From positions 67,098-131,097 of the forward strand of contig JBDRCD010000009.1 of NCBI GenBank assembly GCA_043822105.1: a stretch of DNA of 64,000 bases, read 5' to 3'. Within the stretch, counting starts at the first letter, position 1. Every line of letters starts with the position of its first letter. Source of the DNA: an archaeon (GTDB lineage Archaea; Nanobdellota; Nanobdellia; Woesearchaeales; GCA-2686295). A model generated the notes under the pieces. That model was not told where the DNA came from, made no database searches, and saw nothing but the letters and a program-made list of their open reading frames with translations. A program made the translations under genes and the position numbers. Shown one piece after another: positions 49,997 to 59,484 of the stretch.

Positions 49997-50662
49997 TTAT
50001 TCAATGTCGAGAACCATTCTGAATGTTCGCCATATAAAATACCATAAAGAAACAGGTTTTGTTTCAAGCTTAACTTTTCCTTTTCTTACTGCTTCAAAGA
50101 AAGATTTGATGTTTTTTTCAGAGTCAACCAATCCATAAGTCATACCTATTTGTTTTAAATTATGTGCATCCGAAGTTCCAATTAATGTTTTGTTATACTT
50201 CTTTGCAACTCTATTTGCTTTTTTGTTAAGGTTAAAAAATAGCAAGTAGAAGTGAGAGTATTCAACTCCGTCAAACACATCGATGTTCTCAATAAGTGTT
50301 TTTCCAAGACAAGGCCCAACAACAAAGTAAGGATGTGGCGCGATTACAAGAATATCTTTTTTTCTTTTTTTCAAAGCTCTAATATCCTCAAAAGTCTTTA
50401 TTTCTTTAGACTCTGACTGCGAAACATTGTAAAGCAAAACTTCCTTTCCTTCTACGAGTTTCTCGACGCCAGGAATAAGAAGAACTCCTTTCTTTTCAGC
50501 GTACTTCTTCAAATCATTGTTGTAATAAACATCTCCATGAAAAGTTAATGCTAAAACTTCAAAACCCTGCTTTACAGCGTGAGCTATTAATTCTTTAGAA
50601 CTATACTTTATCTTATGATGTTTGTCCTCTCCTGCGTGTAAGTGTAAATCTGCTTTTAACAT
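49997..50662 (-). CDS. PHP-domain metal-dependent phosphoesterase
   Basis: N-terminal ADLHLHAGED motif and further conserved His/Asp positions. Confidence 0.55.
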   Translation of the reverse strand: MLKADLHLHAGEDKHHKIKYSSKELIAHAVKQGFEVLALTFHGDVYYNNDLKKYAEKKGVLLIPGVEKLVEGKEVLLYNVSQSESKEIKTFEDIRALKKRKKDILVIAPHPYFVVGPCLGKTLIENIDVFDGVEYSHFYLLFFNLNKKANRVAKKYNKTLIGTSDAHNLKQIGMTYGLVDSEKNIKSFFEAVRKGKVKLETKPVSLWYFIWRTFRMVLDIE

Positions 50663-50670
50663 ACGAGGAA

Positions 50671-51006
50671 GTGCTTGGTCAAGCTTTAAATAGTTTTCTT
50701 GATTTCTGCAAAGCTATGGACAAGACAAATGAACCAATTGACTACTTGCTTTTAGTTGGTGATGATAGACATAGAGTAACTGTTCCAAAGGATATTGTAA
50801 AAAATTTAGGATTGGAATCAGGAGATAACATTAAAATAACTTATGTTAAAGTAGACAAATATGGAAAACAACCTACTTTACTCCCTTTTGTTTCAATACA
50901 ACCAATTGATGACATACACAGATTTAAGATTACTTCCAATGTAAAAAATTATTTAGAACTAAAAAGAGGAGATTATTTTCGTGCAATGATTGAGAAGTAT
51001 GCTTAA
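50671..51006 (+). CDS. protein with two AbrB/MazE-type swapped-hairpin domains
   Basis: RVTVPKDIVKNLGLESGDNIKI and RFKITSNVKNYLELKRGDYF each match the AbrB/SpoVT pattern. Confidence 0.4.
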   Translation: MLGQALNSFLDFCKAMDKTNEPIDYLLLVGDDRHRVTVPKDIVKNLGLESGDNIKITYVKVDKYGKQPTLLPFVSIQPIDDIHRFKITSNVKNYLELKRGDYFRAMIEKYA

Positions 51007-52085
51007 TCCAACCAACTATCCTGCTTTTTTAGCTTTTCAGGAAGATAGTTAGAAATTACAAAGTTTAGTCCGTGCTTTGCAAGTGCCTGCTGCTCTGCCC
51101 TGACTTTCATTTCCATTAATTGTCTCAAGGCTCTTATCCATTTCTTGTGGTGTTTGACAAATGGATCATTTTTGATACCATCTTTAATTCTTTTTATGTC
51201 AACGTCTTTTAGCGGGTGTGTCGGTAGTTTATAGTCAATGATGTCCTGAGGTGTTATTCCTATGAACTGTGCTTTTGGAACACAGAAGTATTTGTTTATA
51301 TGGGCTGCATTGCCGCTGCCGACTTTTAGTGTTCTGTAAATGTTAAGGAATCCGTAGGGGTCTCCGTCTGTGAATACCAGAACCGGAAGCTTTATATCAT
51401 CGCTTAACCTTCTAATAAATCTTCTACAGGCACGCGTTGGAACTCCACCCATACTAATTAAAATACAGTTTGCTTTTTTCCAGTAATTATGTTTTACAAG
51501 TCTTTGAAACATACCTGCTGTTTCGATTGCCAGAATAAATTTTGCATTGGTTTCAAACTTTAGTTCTTCAACGCTTGATGGAATAGAATATGCTCCGCTT
51601 CCAAACTTTGTACAGTCAATTCTTATGTCTGTTCCTGTATCGGGGTTTTTGTCAATCACAATTAGTTTTCCTGCAATGTCTCCGCCTTTTTCTTCAGGAA
51701 TAAAACCTAGTTTTTCTCTGTTGACTTCAAACATTGCTTCTACATCGTCCATTACAGTATCTGATTCCGGCTGCTCCTTAAACCTTGCATCTCCCCAGTT
51801 CTTGCTGACATAGTAGGCTTCTCTTTTTGTGGCAATGTCTTTACTTTCTATTAAATCCTTTGAAAGTGACATCATTTTGAGTGTTTGAGCAAAAGTTTTT
51901 ACGGTTGATGCGGCCAGAGTTCTTGATTTTATGCTTCCGTTTAGTTCAAAGAAACCATCGTTCGGATCATACTTTACATTGCTTAGGGCTCTGACTGGTG
52001 ATTCTAGTACAGGTTTTTCTTTTTTCTTAATCTTGTCATATATTTTTTTTGCCTCTGCAATTATTTTTTCAGTTGTTTCACTCAT
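51003..52085 (-). CDS. top6A: DNA topoisomerase VI subunit A (Spo11-like)
   Basis: Toprim Glu in ILAIETAGMF; DxD in VFTDGDPYG; catalytic Tyr region REAYY. Confidence 0.85.
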   Translation of the reverse strand: MSETTEKIIAEAKKIYDKIKKKEKPVLESPVRALSNVKYDPNDGFFELNGSIKSRTLAASTVKTFAQTLKMMSLSKDLIESKDIATKREAYYVSKNWGDARFKEQPESDTVMDDVEAMFEVNREKLGFIPEEKGGDIAGKLIVIDKNPDTGTDIRIDCTKFGSGAYSIPSSVEELKFETNAKFILAIETAGMFQRLVKHNYWKKANCILISMGGVPTRACRRFIRRLSDDIKLPVLVFTDGDPYGFLNIYRTLKVGSGNAAHINKYFCVPKAQFIGITPQDIIDYKLPTHPLKDVDIKRIKDGIKNDPFVKHHKKWIRALRQLMEMKVRAEQQALAKHGLNFVISNYLPEKLKKQDSWLD

Positions 52086-52086
52086 T

Positions 52087-53829
52087 TTATTCTAATTCCT
52101 CTTTATCACTTTGTTCTTCCTGTTCTTCTTTTCCAATGCTTGCGAACTCTTCGTCATATTCTTCGTTTTTGTTCTTGTCAAATGTCATATCCTCAACTTC
52201 TCCTCTCTGTTTTTCCAATAGTTCTTCAAGCAGCTCCACAACATTCTTTTCTTCAATGTCAGAGTAATGCAATATGTCCTTTAAGGCGTCTGCAACGTGA
52301 GGTATGTATTTTTCAATGTAGCTCCTCTTTTTAATTTCATCATGAACTCTTCTTTTTTTACCAACATATCTGTATAGGTTTCTTCCAAGTTCCTGTAGAG
52401 CCAGTTTTATTTCTTTGATTATTTCAGGATAATGAGCCAAAGCTTCCTTCGCTTCACTTGTGAATGGAACCCAAACAGATGCAATGTGAACCAGAATAAC
52501 ACAGGGTCCCTGAGGCATGTTGTTTCCTGACTGCTGTAGTCCATAGCTTCTCCAGGAGGTCTTACACATTGAATCTGTAACTGCACAGGCACCCTGTTGA
52601 TACAGCAGAGGAACTTTGTTTGCAAATCTTAAAAGCTGAACTGAACCTTCTGCCTGAAGTGTTCCTCCATAGGCAAGTGCAGCTTCTATTATGAATGGAT
52701 TTCCTCTATAAACTGCAGGAGGCCTTGTGACACTTGTATAGAATTCTGCATTAACTTCCTTCTTCAGACCTTTCTCCAATAATTCTGCTCCAATTGGACT
52801 TATGCAGTCTGTTGGAGGAGTCATTATCTTTGTGTTTCTGATGGCTTCTATTATTTTTTCAGCGCTTTCATGGCTGATTCTTGCTGGTGTAGCCGTTGGC
52901 AGGATTGCTGCTTTTTCCAGTAGCTCCATGGCTGTCTTGCTGCCAACCCTTGAAAATTCTCTTTGCAGGAATAGTTTGATATTTTTTTCTTTGGTCCATT
53001 TCAGCATTTTCTGAAGTATTCCTAGTTCAATACCATAGGGGTGTGGTTTGATTTCTTCCGGTTGAAATGGAAGTTTGTCACTTGCTCTTGGAAAGATTAT
53101 CTGCTCTCCCTTTGGATTAACATAGATAATTGCAGCATGCGGATTAATTATTGCAGTTTGTTTAAGATATTCATCAACTGATTGGGATCCTTTAAGATAG
53201 CTTCCTTCAAGATCAATGGTTATCTTTGTCCCGTGATCACTGGTCCAGTCCCTTATCTCGTCTTTCATGATTGCAGGCATGTTTTTTTGAGTGTCAATTT
53301 TTAGTTCATAGTAGTGAGCCGGTTGGTTTGGGCCTATCTTGCTTCTAATGACTGCAGCTCTGCCTGTTGTTAACTGTCCGTACATCACGCTGGCTGATAT
53401 TCCTATTCCCTGTTGTCCACGACTTTGTCTTAGGCTGTGGAACTTTGAACCATAGAGAAGTTTTGCAAAGATTTTTGGAATCTGATTTTTTACAATTCCT
53501 GGTCCGTTGTCTTCAATTGATATTCTGAACCTGTCGTTTCCCATGTCTGTCATTACAATTTCCAGTTCAGGCAGAATTCCTGCTTCATCGCAGGCATCGA
53601 GAGAATTGTCAACGGCCTCTTTTATGGTTGTGAGAAGCGCTTTTCTTTTGTTATCAAAACCCAGAAGGTGTCTGTTTTTCTCAAAGAATTCAGCGATTGA
53701 GATGTCCCTCTGCTTCTTTGCCATCTCATGGGCTTTTGTTGAATTACTTGGAGTCTTTACTTCTGACTTTGGAGCCTCAATAATATCAGGTTTACTAAAA
53801 GAATCCAATCCCATATTTTCTTCAACCAT
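52087..53829 (-). CDS. top6B: DNA topoisomerase VI subunit B (GHKL ATPase)
   Basis: Bergerat fold EAVDNSLDA; DNGPGI; GxxGxG-like loop; 580 aa. Confidence 0.85.
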   Translation of the reverse strand: MVEENMGLDSFSKPDIIEAPKSEVKTPSNSTKAHEMAKKQRDISIAEFFEKNRHLLGFDNKRKALLTTIKEAVDNSLDACDEAGILPELEIVMTDMGNDRFRISIEDNGPGIVKNQIPKIFAKLLYGSKFHSLRQSRGQQGIGISASVMYGQLTTGRAAVIRSKIGPNQPAHYYELKIDTQKNMPAIMKDEIRDWTSDHGTKITIDLEGSYLKGSQSVDEYLKQTAIINPHAAIIYVNPKGEQIIFPRASDKLPFQPEEIKPHPYGIELGILQKMLKWTKEKNIKLFLQREFSRVGSKTAMELLEKAAILPTATPARISHESAEKIIEAIRNTKIMTPPTDCISPIGAELLEKGLKKEVNAEFYTSVTRPPAVYRGNPFIIEAALAYGGTLQAEGSVQLLRFANKVPLLYQQGACAVTDSMCKTSWRSYGLQQSGNNMPQGPCVILVHIASVWVPFTSEAKEALAHYPEIIKEIKLALQELGRNLYRYVGKKRRVHDEIKKRSYIEKYIPHVADALKDILHYSDIEEKNVVELLEELLEKQRGEVEDMTFDKNKNEEYDEEFASIGKEEQEEQSDKEELE

Positions 53830-53926
53830 GTTTTTTATGATTTGCTATTTGTTTAATAACTTTACGAAAATGTACACTCTTTATTAGTTAGAAACATTTA
53901 TATATTTTTCAATTTATAGGTTTATC

Positions 53927-54388
53927 ATGGCTTATTCAGAACTGGTTTTTTTTATCAAAGAACAACTAGGTATGGGAAGGGATGCAAAAACAATAAGAGA
54001 TTACCTCATAAGGAGAAACATTGACTCTAAATCAGTTGACGCTGCATTTGATGAAGTGTTTGGTGCGAAGGAAGAAGAACCTAAAGGTCATGGTGAAAAA
54101 ATAGTTTTGGCAGGAATAGCTGTTTTGGTTTTTGTGTTTATTGGAGTGGGTTTTTTCTATTACAACCAGATAACTCCTGTTTCACCGGTAAGCGACAATG
54201 TGCCTTCTTTAGAACCTGTGAATGAGCTTCAGCAAAAATCTATCTGCAACTTTGATGATGATGAAGCAAAGTATCAATGCTATGCTGAAAAATTTGAGAA
54301 AGATGAAATTTTCTGTTATGAAATAGATGATGTTAGCGAGAGAGATTTTTGTTATATTGCTAAAGATATGTATGCTATGAGTGTTTAG
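53927..54388 (+). CDS. hypothetical single-pass membrane protein with Cys-rich C-terminal domain
   Basis: One TM helix; C-terminal region with 6 Cys. Confidence 0.35.
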   Translation: MAYSELVFFIKEQLGMGRDAKTIRDYLIRRNIDSKSVDAAFDEVFGAKEEEPKGHGEKIVLAGIAVLVFVFIGVGFFYYNQITPVSPVSDNVPSLEPVNELQQKSICNFDDDEAKYQCYAEKFEKDEIFCYEIDDVSERDFCYIAKDMYAMSV

Positions 54389-54927
54389 AAATCATGCATT
54401 CTTTGTTCTTTTATCTGTCTTCTGAACTTTTCAAGTTTCTTGTAAACAGTGGAATGAGTTGCGCCATCCAGTAGCAAATCAACTGCGTTTCTTGCTGCTG
54501 CAACATTTTCTCCAAGACCAATTATTGAGACTGTTTTTCCATAGACTGAAACACTTGTTTCTGTGAGCTGTTCTATAATTTCTCTTGATTTACCTTTTTT
54601 TCCAATAACTCTTCCTCTGACTCTTTCAAGTTGATTTTTTTTGCCGGCAAAATCCGCAAGAGAAATAATTTCCACTGAATAGTCCTGTTTTAGAAGCAGT
54701 TTGGCTGTTTCAGGGTTGAAACCTCTGCCAATTGCCAGTATCATCTCCCTAACCTGATAGAGTTTTACAGCGTCTTTTCCAGATATGGTAACTATTCCTT
54801 CTTTTGAATCCACATCTATTTTGGTGCTTGTAAATTCCTCTAGTTCTTTCTTGGTTTCACCATTTTTTCCGATAACCACTGCTACTCTGGCTTTCGGAAT
54901 TTTCAATTCATGCATGTATTCGTCCAT
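54385..54927 (-). CDS. dim2: KH-domain RNA-binding protein, Dim2/Pno1 homologue
   Basis: Two KH domains (VIGKNGETKKEL and VIGKKGKSREII GxxG loops). Confidence 0.7.
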   Translation of the reverse strand: MDEYMHELKIPKARVAVVIGKNGETKKELEEFTSTKIDVDSKEGIVTISGKDAVKLYQVREMILAIGRGFNPETAKLLLKQDYSVEIISLADFAGKKNQLERVRGRVIGKKGKSREIIEQLTETSVSVYGKTVSIIGLGENVAAARNAVDLLLDGATHSTVYKKLEKFRRQIKEQRMHDF

Positions 54928-54962
54928 GTTAATAGAAGAAAAAGGAAGGTGCTATAAAAACT

Positions 54963-55652
54963 TTATTGAAGAATTTTCAGAATTTTATCAACTTTTTTCT
55001 CATCCAGCAGCTTTAGAAAGTATCTTTTAAGATTGTTTATGTCTCTATCATACAATTCTCTTACGCCCGGTGATCTTGTCAGAGTTGCCTGTGAAAAGTC
55101 TATTAATACAGGTTCATCGTCGTCATTTAAGATGTTAAACTCAGAAAGATCTCCGTGAACCAAACCCTGCTCTTTTAAATCCTTTACACATCTAACGATT
55201 TTTTTTAGGAATTCTTCTGGGTTATCAGGTCTTGAATCCTTTAGCATGGGTGCCGGACTTCCAATCATGTCCATTAATATTATGTTGTTTTTGAAGGTAA
55301 TCGGTGTAGGGACATTAATGACTTCTCTTGCAATCATCAGGTTTTTATATTCCCTCTGGGTCCATGCAAAGACGATGTCTCTTTTCTGTTTTTTCATGTT
55401 TATGTATCTAGGATCTGCTTTTATGTATTGATACATCTTGTTGAAATTGCAGTTCTCCAGACGGTATATCTTAACAATTATTTTTTCTCTGTTTTTAGTG
55501 GTTGCTGAGAACACATTGGCTTCCTTACCTATCATTATTGGGCTTCCCAACTCTTCGAAATGACCCTCACTGCTGAGCTTGAAGAGCGTTCGTAGAGAGA
55601 ACTCTGAAAAAACGTTTTTGTAGACTTTCCATTTCTCTTTTGCATCAGGCAT
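54963..55652 (-). CDS. rio1: RIO-type serine kinase (Rio1-like)
   Basis: GKEANVF; catalytic loop LVHGDLSEFNIL; IDFSQA. Confidence 0.8.
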   Translation of the reverse strand: MPDAKEKWKVYKNVFSEFSLRTLFKLSSEGHFEELGSPIMIGKEANVFSATTKNREKIIVKIYRLENCNFNKMYQYIKADPRYINMKKQKRDIVFAWTQREYKNLMIAREVINVPTPITFKNNIILMDMIGSPAPMLKDSRPDNPEEFLKKIVRCVKDLKEQGLVHGDLSEFNILNDDDEPVLIDFSQATLTRSPGVRELYDRDINNLKRYFLKLLDEKKVDKILKILQ

Positions 55653-55749
55653 GAGTATGAAAAGAGTTGTTAATATAAAAAACTATTGAGAAAAACAAAA
55701 ATTAGAATTTTTTAAGAAAATTAAAGTAAAAAAAATTAAATTATTAAAT

Positions 55750-57018
55750 TTATAGATCGTCTGCAGTTACAATTGTCAACCTGTTTGAGGTTGCTTTTGT
55801 TTCCATTGCGACAAGGAATTTAACGTATGTTCTTTCTGCTGAGATGACAAGATTCTTGTCTATTGCTCCGTCCAAAACAACTGCGTATATTCCTGTTTTC
55901 AGACTTTTGATTGTGCTTTCAAGTTCTGAAACAGGCACTTTTCCCAGAATATTCAGGCTTTCGTCAAGCACGTATGCTCCTCTTGTGCCAATCAGATCTT
56001 CAAGCATATCATTGAAGCTTTTCTTTTCTTCAGCTGTTAATTTTTTCTTTGCAAAAGTCGTTGTTCTTTCTTCTCTTTTTTCCGGTGGTCTGTTAGAAGT
56101 TCTTGTGTCTCTTGAAACGTTTCTTCTGTTGTCAATTCTTTCTGGTCTTTCATTGCTTACTTGTTTTTTTACTTGAGAAGCAGGTGCTTTTGATTCAAGC
56201 TTTGCCTGTTCTGCAGCCACTCTGCTTCTAAGTGCCTTGTGAATCTCTTTTTTAGTAATTTCTTCTACTTCTTTTCCGTCAGGAGCCTTTGTTACAAAGT
56301 CTATTTCTGCAACCCCTGATAGTTCTTTAATTATTAGGTCTCCTCCTCTGTCACCGTCGACAAAGACAGTTATTGTTTTCTTCTTGCTAAGTTCAATTAT
56401 TGTTTCAGGAACACTTGTTCCATTCATTGCAATTGCGTTTTTAAATCCGTGTTTTAACAGGTTCAAAACATCTGCTCTTCCTTCAACCAGTATGATATCT
56501 TCACTTTCATCGATTGCAGGTCCTGCAGGAAGTCTTTCTTTTCCATACTCCTGTATTTCCATAACTCTTACGGAATATGCAACTTCATCGGCAAGTTCTT
56601 GGCTGTCAGGAAGTACTCCGTCTGTCAAATCTCTCAGAAGTTGTTTTGCTCTGTCAACAACCTGCTGTCTTTTTGAGATTCTAATGTCTTCAATTGATGT
56701 AACTGTTGTTTTTGCATTGCATGGGCCTATTCTCTGAATTATTTCAAGAGCTGCAGCCACAATTGCGGTTTCTGCTTTGTCCAATGAAGATGGAATGATT
56801 ATTTCTCCTGCTGTTTTGCCTGTTTTTGTATCGGCTTCAACTTCGATTCTTCCTATTCTTCCTGATCTTTGAAGTTCTCTAAGTTCTAAATCTTCTCCCA
56901 GAAGTCCTTCTGTCTGTCCAAATATTGCTCCAATTACATCTGGTTTATCTACCACGCCCTCAATTTGTATGTTTGCGTGAATAATGTATTTTGCTGCACT
57001 CTGTGCGATTTTTGCCAT
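55750..57018 (-). CDS. dnaG: archaeal DnaG-like primase (Toprim)
   Basis: Archaeal DnaG N-terminal domain (AAKYIIHANIQIEGVVDKPDVIGAIFGQTEGLLG); Toprim ILVEGRADVLNL...VFVDGDRGGDLI. Start is at a Met with GGAGG 8 nt upstream; the longer ORF to 57102 is unlikely. Confidence 0.8.
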   Translation of the reverse strand: MAKIAQSAAKYIIHANIQIEGVVDKPDVIGAIFGQTEGLLGEDLELRELQRSGRIGRIEVEADTKTGKTAGEIIIPSSLDKAETAIVAAALEIIQRIGPCNAKTTVTSIEDIRISKRQQVVDRAKQLLRDLTDGVLPDSQELADEVAYSVRVMEIQEYGKERLPAGPAIDESEDIILVEGRADVLNLLKHGFKNAIAMNGTSVPETIIELSKKKTITVFVDGDRGGDLIIKELSGVAEIDFVTKAPDGKEVEEITKKEIHKALRSRVAAEQAKLESKAPASQVKKQVSNERPERIDNRRNVSRDTRTSNRPPEKREERTTTFAKKKLTAEEKKSFNDMLEDLIGTRGAYVLDESLNILGKVPVSELESTIKSLKTGIYAVVLDGAIDKNLVISAERTYVKFLVAMETKATSNRLTIVTADDL

Positions 57019-57106
57019 TTTATTTTCCTCCAAAAATTTTCTTTTTGGATGTCCCAAAAATCTTTGTGATTTTTGATACCTCCTTTTTAATCGTGAAATC
57101 ACAGTT

Positions 57107-57470
57107 TATAGAAGTATTTCAGTTGGAAATTATTCCCCAAATGATAAATGTGATTTATACTTCTTAGAACAAGCGTTGCTTTCTAAACTCAATTGTTGTG
57201 TAAGTGAATATGATCGTGAGCTTGTTCTGATGTGATTTGATGATTAATTATCATTAAATTTGTTGCCCGAGGCACCAACCCCAAATATCATTGCTTGACT
57301 GACGTCGTACTCAAGTGGGCACTCTCTGTGCCGGGCTGAGTCGTGTAAGAGTGTCTTTATCTCATAGCTGAACCCGAAGGTTCCTGCTCGAAAAAGGACC
57401 CATTTACACTACTAAAAGGAAATAATATTGGATTTATAAACATATCGATTATTGTTATAAGGTTTTTATT
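57107..57470. ncRNA. long non-coding gap with several stable inverted repeats; candidate structured ncRNA and/or dnaG regulatory region
   Basis: ~365 nt with no ORF in a compact genome; locally GC-enriched 57270-57410. Hairpins: AGAACAAGC/GCTTGTTCT (57166-57174 / 57221-57229); AT-rich palindrome TGATGATTAATTATCATTA; GGCAC-UCUCU-GUGCC; GAACC-CGAA-GGUUC, which reads as a C(UUCG)G tetraloop hairpin on the minus strand. Confidence 0.35.
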
Positions 57471-57472
57471 GT

Positions 57473-58858
57473 CTATAAATCACATCCACTCAGTTTTGAA
57501 AGTGTTTCAAAACTCTGCGTTCCAGGATATTGTTGCCCGTTTATAACCCATGTTGGATAGCCGCTAATTCCTGCCTCTTGACAGGCAATTGTTTGGGCTC
57601 TGGCGTCATCTTCCTCTGCACATTCAACATATTCAATGTTTTCAAATAAATCTCCGAACATCTCTTTTTGTTCGTTGCAGTGACTGCACCAGTATGCACC
57701 ATACATTTTAGCACCTGATTCACCAAGGCATTTTGCGAATGCTTCGAGTGAGTCTTCGTCAGATTCCTGTTCATCTATTTTTTCAATAGGTTCTATGGAT
57801 TCTGTCTGTCCTTCTGTGCAGGCTTCTGCTTCAGGAGTTTCAAGACAGTTGATTATTTCTGAATCGGTTCTTAGTCCTTCCATGTAAACAGCGAAAACAT
57901 CTTTTTGCTTTTCAAACACCAAACTTTCTTTCAGATCATTTTTTACTTCTTCAAAAGAAAGAGTTGTTTCAGAAATTTTATCCAATGTTTGTATAAGATG
58001 ATATCCAAATCCGGTTTTTGTGATGCTATACTTTTCTATTTCATTAGCAAATGCCGCATCCTTGTATTCCTGCACAAAGCTTGAAGATCTTGTGAATGCA
58101 GGATATTCTCCGCATGAAGCTATGCTTCCAGGATCTTCCGAATATTCGGTTACTAGATCGCAGAATGATTCTGGGTCTTCTGCAAGGGCTGCTTCAACCT
58201 CATCCATTATGGCCAAAGCTTCTTTGTCGGTTCTTTCAGGATCTATTGTTGATATCAAAATGTGTCTTGCTTTCACGCTTTCAGGTAGAGTAAAATCCTC
58301 AACATTGTCGTTGTAGTATTTTTCTGCTTCTTCATCGCTTACTTCAATATCTGTAAATACAACCGTGTCAAGGAATTCAAAAACTTTCAACTGATCTTCA
58401 AATTCTTTCAGTGAGTATCCTTGTGTATTAACATTTGCTTCCAATTCTTCGATTGTAATTTCATTCTCAGTCAGAATTTCTTCAATGTTATCATCCACTT
58501 CAACTCCTGCTGCTTCTGCTTCATATATCAATAATTTCTTGTCAATTAACTGGGACAAGATAGCATTTTTGTCAAGCGCCTGTTGTAATTCTATAGGTAA
58601 TCTACCCATCTCTGTGTCCAGTTCAGATTCATATATTATGTTGTTATTGACGACTGCAATTGTTGTGTCTGAAATTGTGGTTTCTGCTTCACTACCACCA
58701 AATTTCCATATCAGTAGAATAGCTACGATTGCTATAATAACTAGAGCTATGAAAACACCTGTTTTTGATGTTTTAGTTTTTGTTGACTTAAGCTCAGAAG
58801 TTTTCTCTTCTGGTTTTTTCTTAGTAGTTTTTTTAACTTTTCTCTTTGCCATATTCAA
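57473..58858 (-). CDS. membrane-anchored parvulin-type PPIase (SurA/PrsA-like) fused to a C-terminal VKOR-partner-type thioredoxin domain
   Basis: Basic N-terminus plus TM; parvulin domain (KARHILIS...GFGYHLIQ); C-terminal YGAYWCSHCNEQKEMFG...GYPTWVINGQQY, closely resembling the thioredoxin-like domains fused to VKOR. Confidence 0.6.
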   Translation of the reverse strand: MNMAKRKVKKTTKKKPEEKTSELKSTKTKTSKTGVFIALVIIAIVAILLIWKFGGSEAETTISDTTIAVVNNNIIYESELDTEMGRLPIELQQALDKNAILSQLIDKKLLIYEAEAAGVEVDDNIEEILTENEITIEELEANVNTQGYSLKEFEDQLKVFEFLDTVVFTDIEVSDEEAEKYYNDNVEDFTLPESVKARHILISTIDPERTDKEALAIMDEVEAALAEDPESFCDLVTEYSEDPGSIASCGEYPAFTRSSSFVQEYKDAAFANEIEKYSITKTGFGYHLIQTLDKISETTLSFEEVKNDLKESLVFEKQKDVFAVYMEGLRTDSEIINCLETPEAEACTEGQTESIEPIEKIDEQESDEDSLEAFAKCLGESGAKMYGAYWCSHCNEQKEMFGDLFENIEYVECAEEDDARAQTIACQEAGISGYPTWVINGQQYPGTQSFETLSKLSGCDL

Positions 58859-58963
58859 AATCTCCGGTGATTTTTATTATTAAATCACCTAGCTGGTTCT
58901 TCACCCCTTTTTAAGAAATGTTATTGCTCTTTTTTATATAAAACTTTTGTTTAGATGGTGAAA

Positions 58964-59386
58964 TTATAAATAATTTGAATCGTTTTTGTCATAGGTTGTG
59001 CGATTGCTTTCACCCAAATTATATTTCTGATTGTCATCTTCAGAAACATTGTATTCATTGACAATCGAATCAGTATCTGAAATTTTATAGTCACTCACTT
59101 CTTTCTTTTCCATATCTGCTTTGAAGGTTCTACCGCATCCGCATCCCGCAAAGACTTGTTTCTTCTTTTTGTGAACAACTTCTTCACTTTCATCTTCGGA
59201 AACTTTCTCCTGAATGCTGTTTTTGTCTTCTTCAAATCCAAGCATGTTTAACTGGGCGTTTTCATGGGTTTTAGAATGTTCTTTCCAGATTTCAGAATTT
59301 TTAATTAGATGAAGAAATCTTTTCTTTTCAGTCTCTGTAACTTCTTTGTCCAAAAGTTTGTTTTCAAGATTTATGAATTGAACCAT
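58964..59386 (-). CDS. hypothetical acidic protein
   Basis: 140 aa ORF; contains a CGCG motif; no other motif. Confidence 0.3.
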   Translation of the reverse strand: MVQFINLENKLLDKEVTETEKKRFLHLIKNSEIWKEHSKTHENAQLNMLGFEEDKNSIQEKVSEDESEEVVHKKKKQVFAGCGCGRTFKADMEKKEVSDYKISDTDSIVNEYNVSEDDNQKYNLGESNRTTYDKNDSNYL

Positions 59387-59484
59387 TGTTTCTTTATGTT
59401 TCTTTAGTCTTTATTTATCTTTTGTTTAAGACTACTGACTAGTTTACATAAATATTTATATTAGTTGTTCAATGGTTTAATGGT

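Noticed and set aside
56384-56737. 117-aa ORF and other 60-130 aa ORFs embedded in dnaG, polB, top6B, valS and cysS
   Set aside because: They are antisense or out-of-frame overlaps with long motif-supported genes and lack independent signals.
57103-57250. C/D box sRNA in the dnaG upstream gap (UGAUGA and CUGA motifs present)
   Set aside because: The box order and spacing are wrong on the + strand (CUGA precedes UGAUGA by ~10 nt), and no terminal stem is evident on either strand. No confident C/D sRNA could be built by eye.
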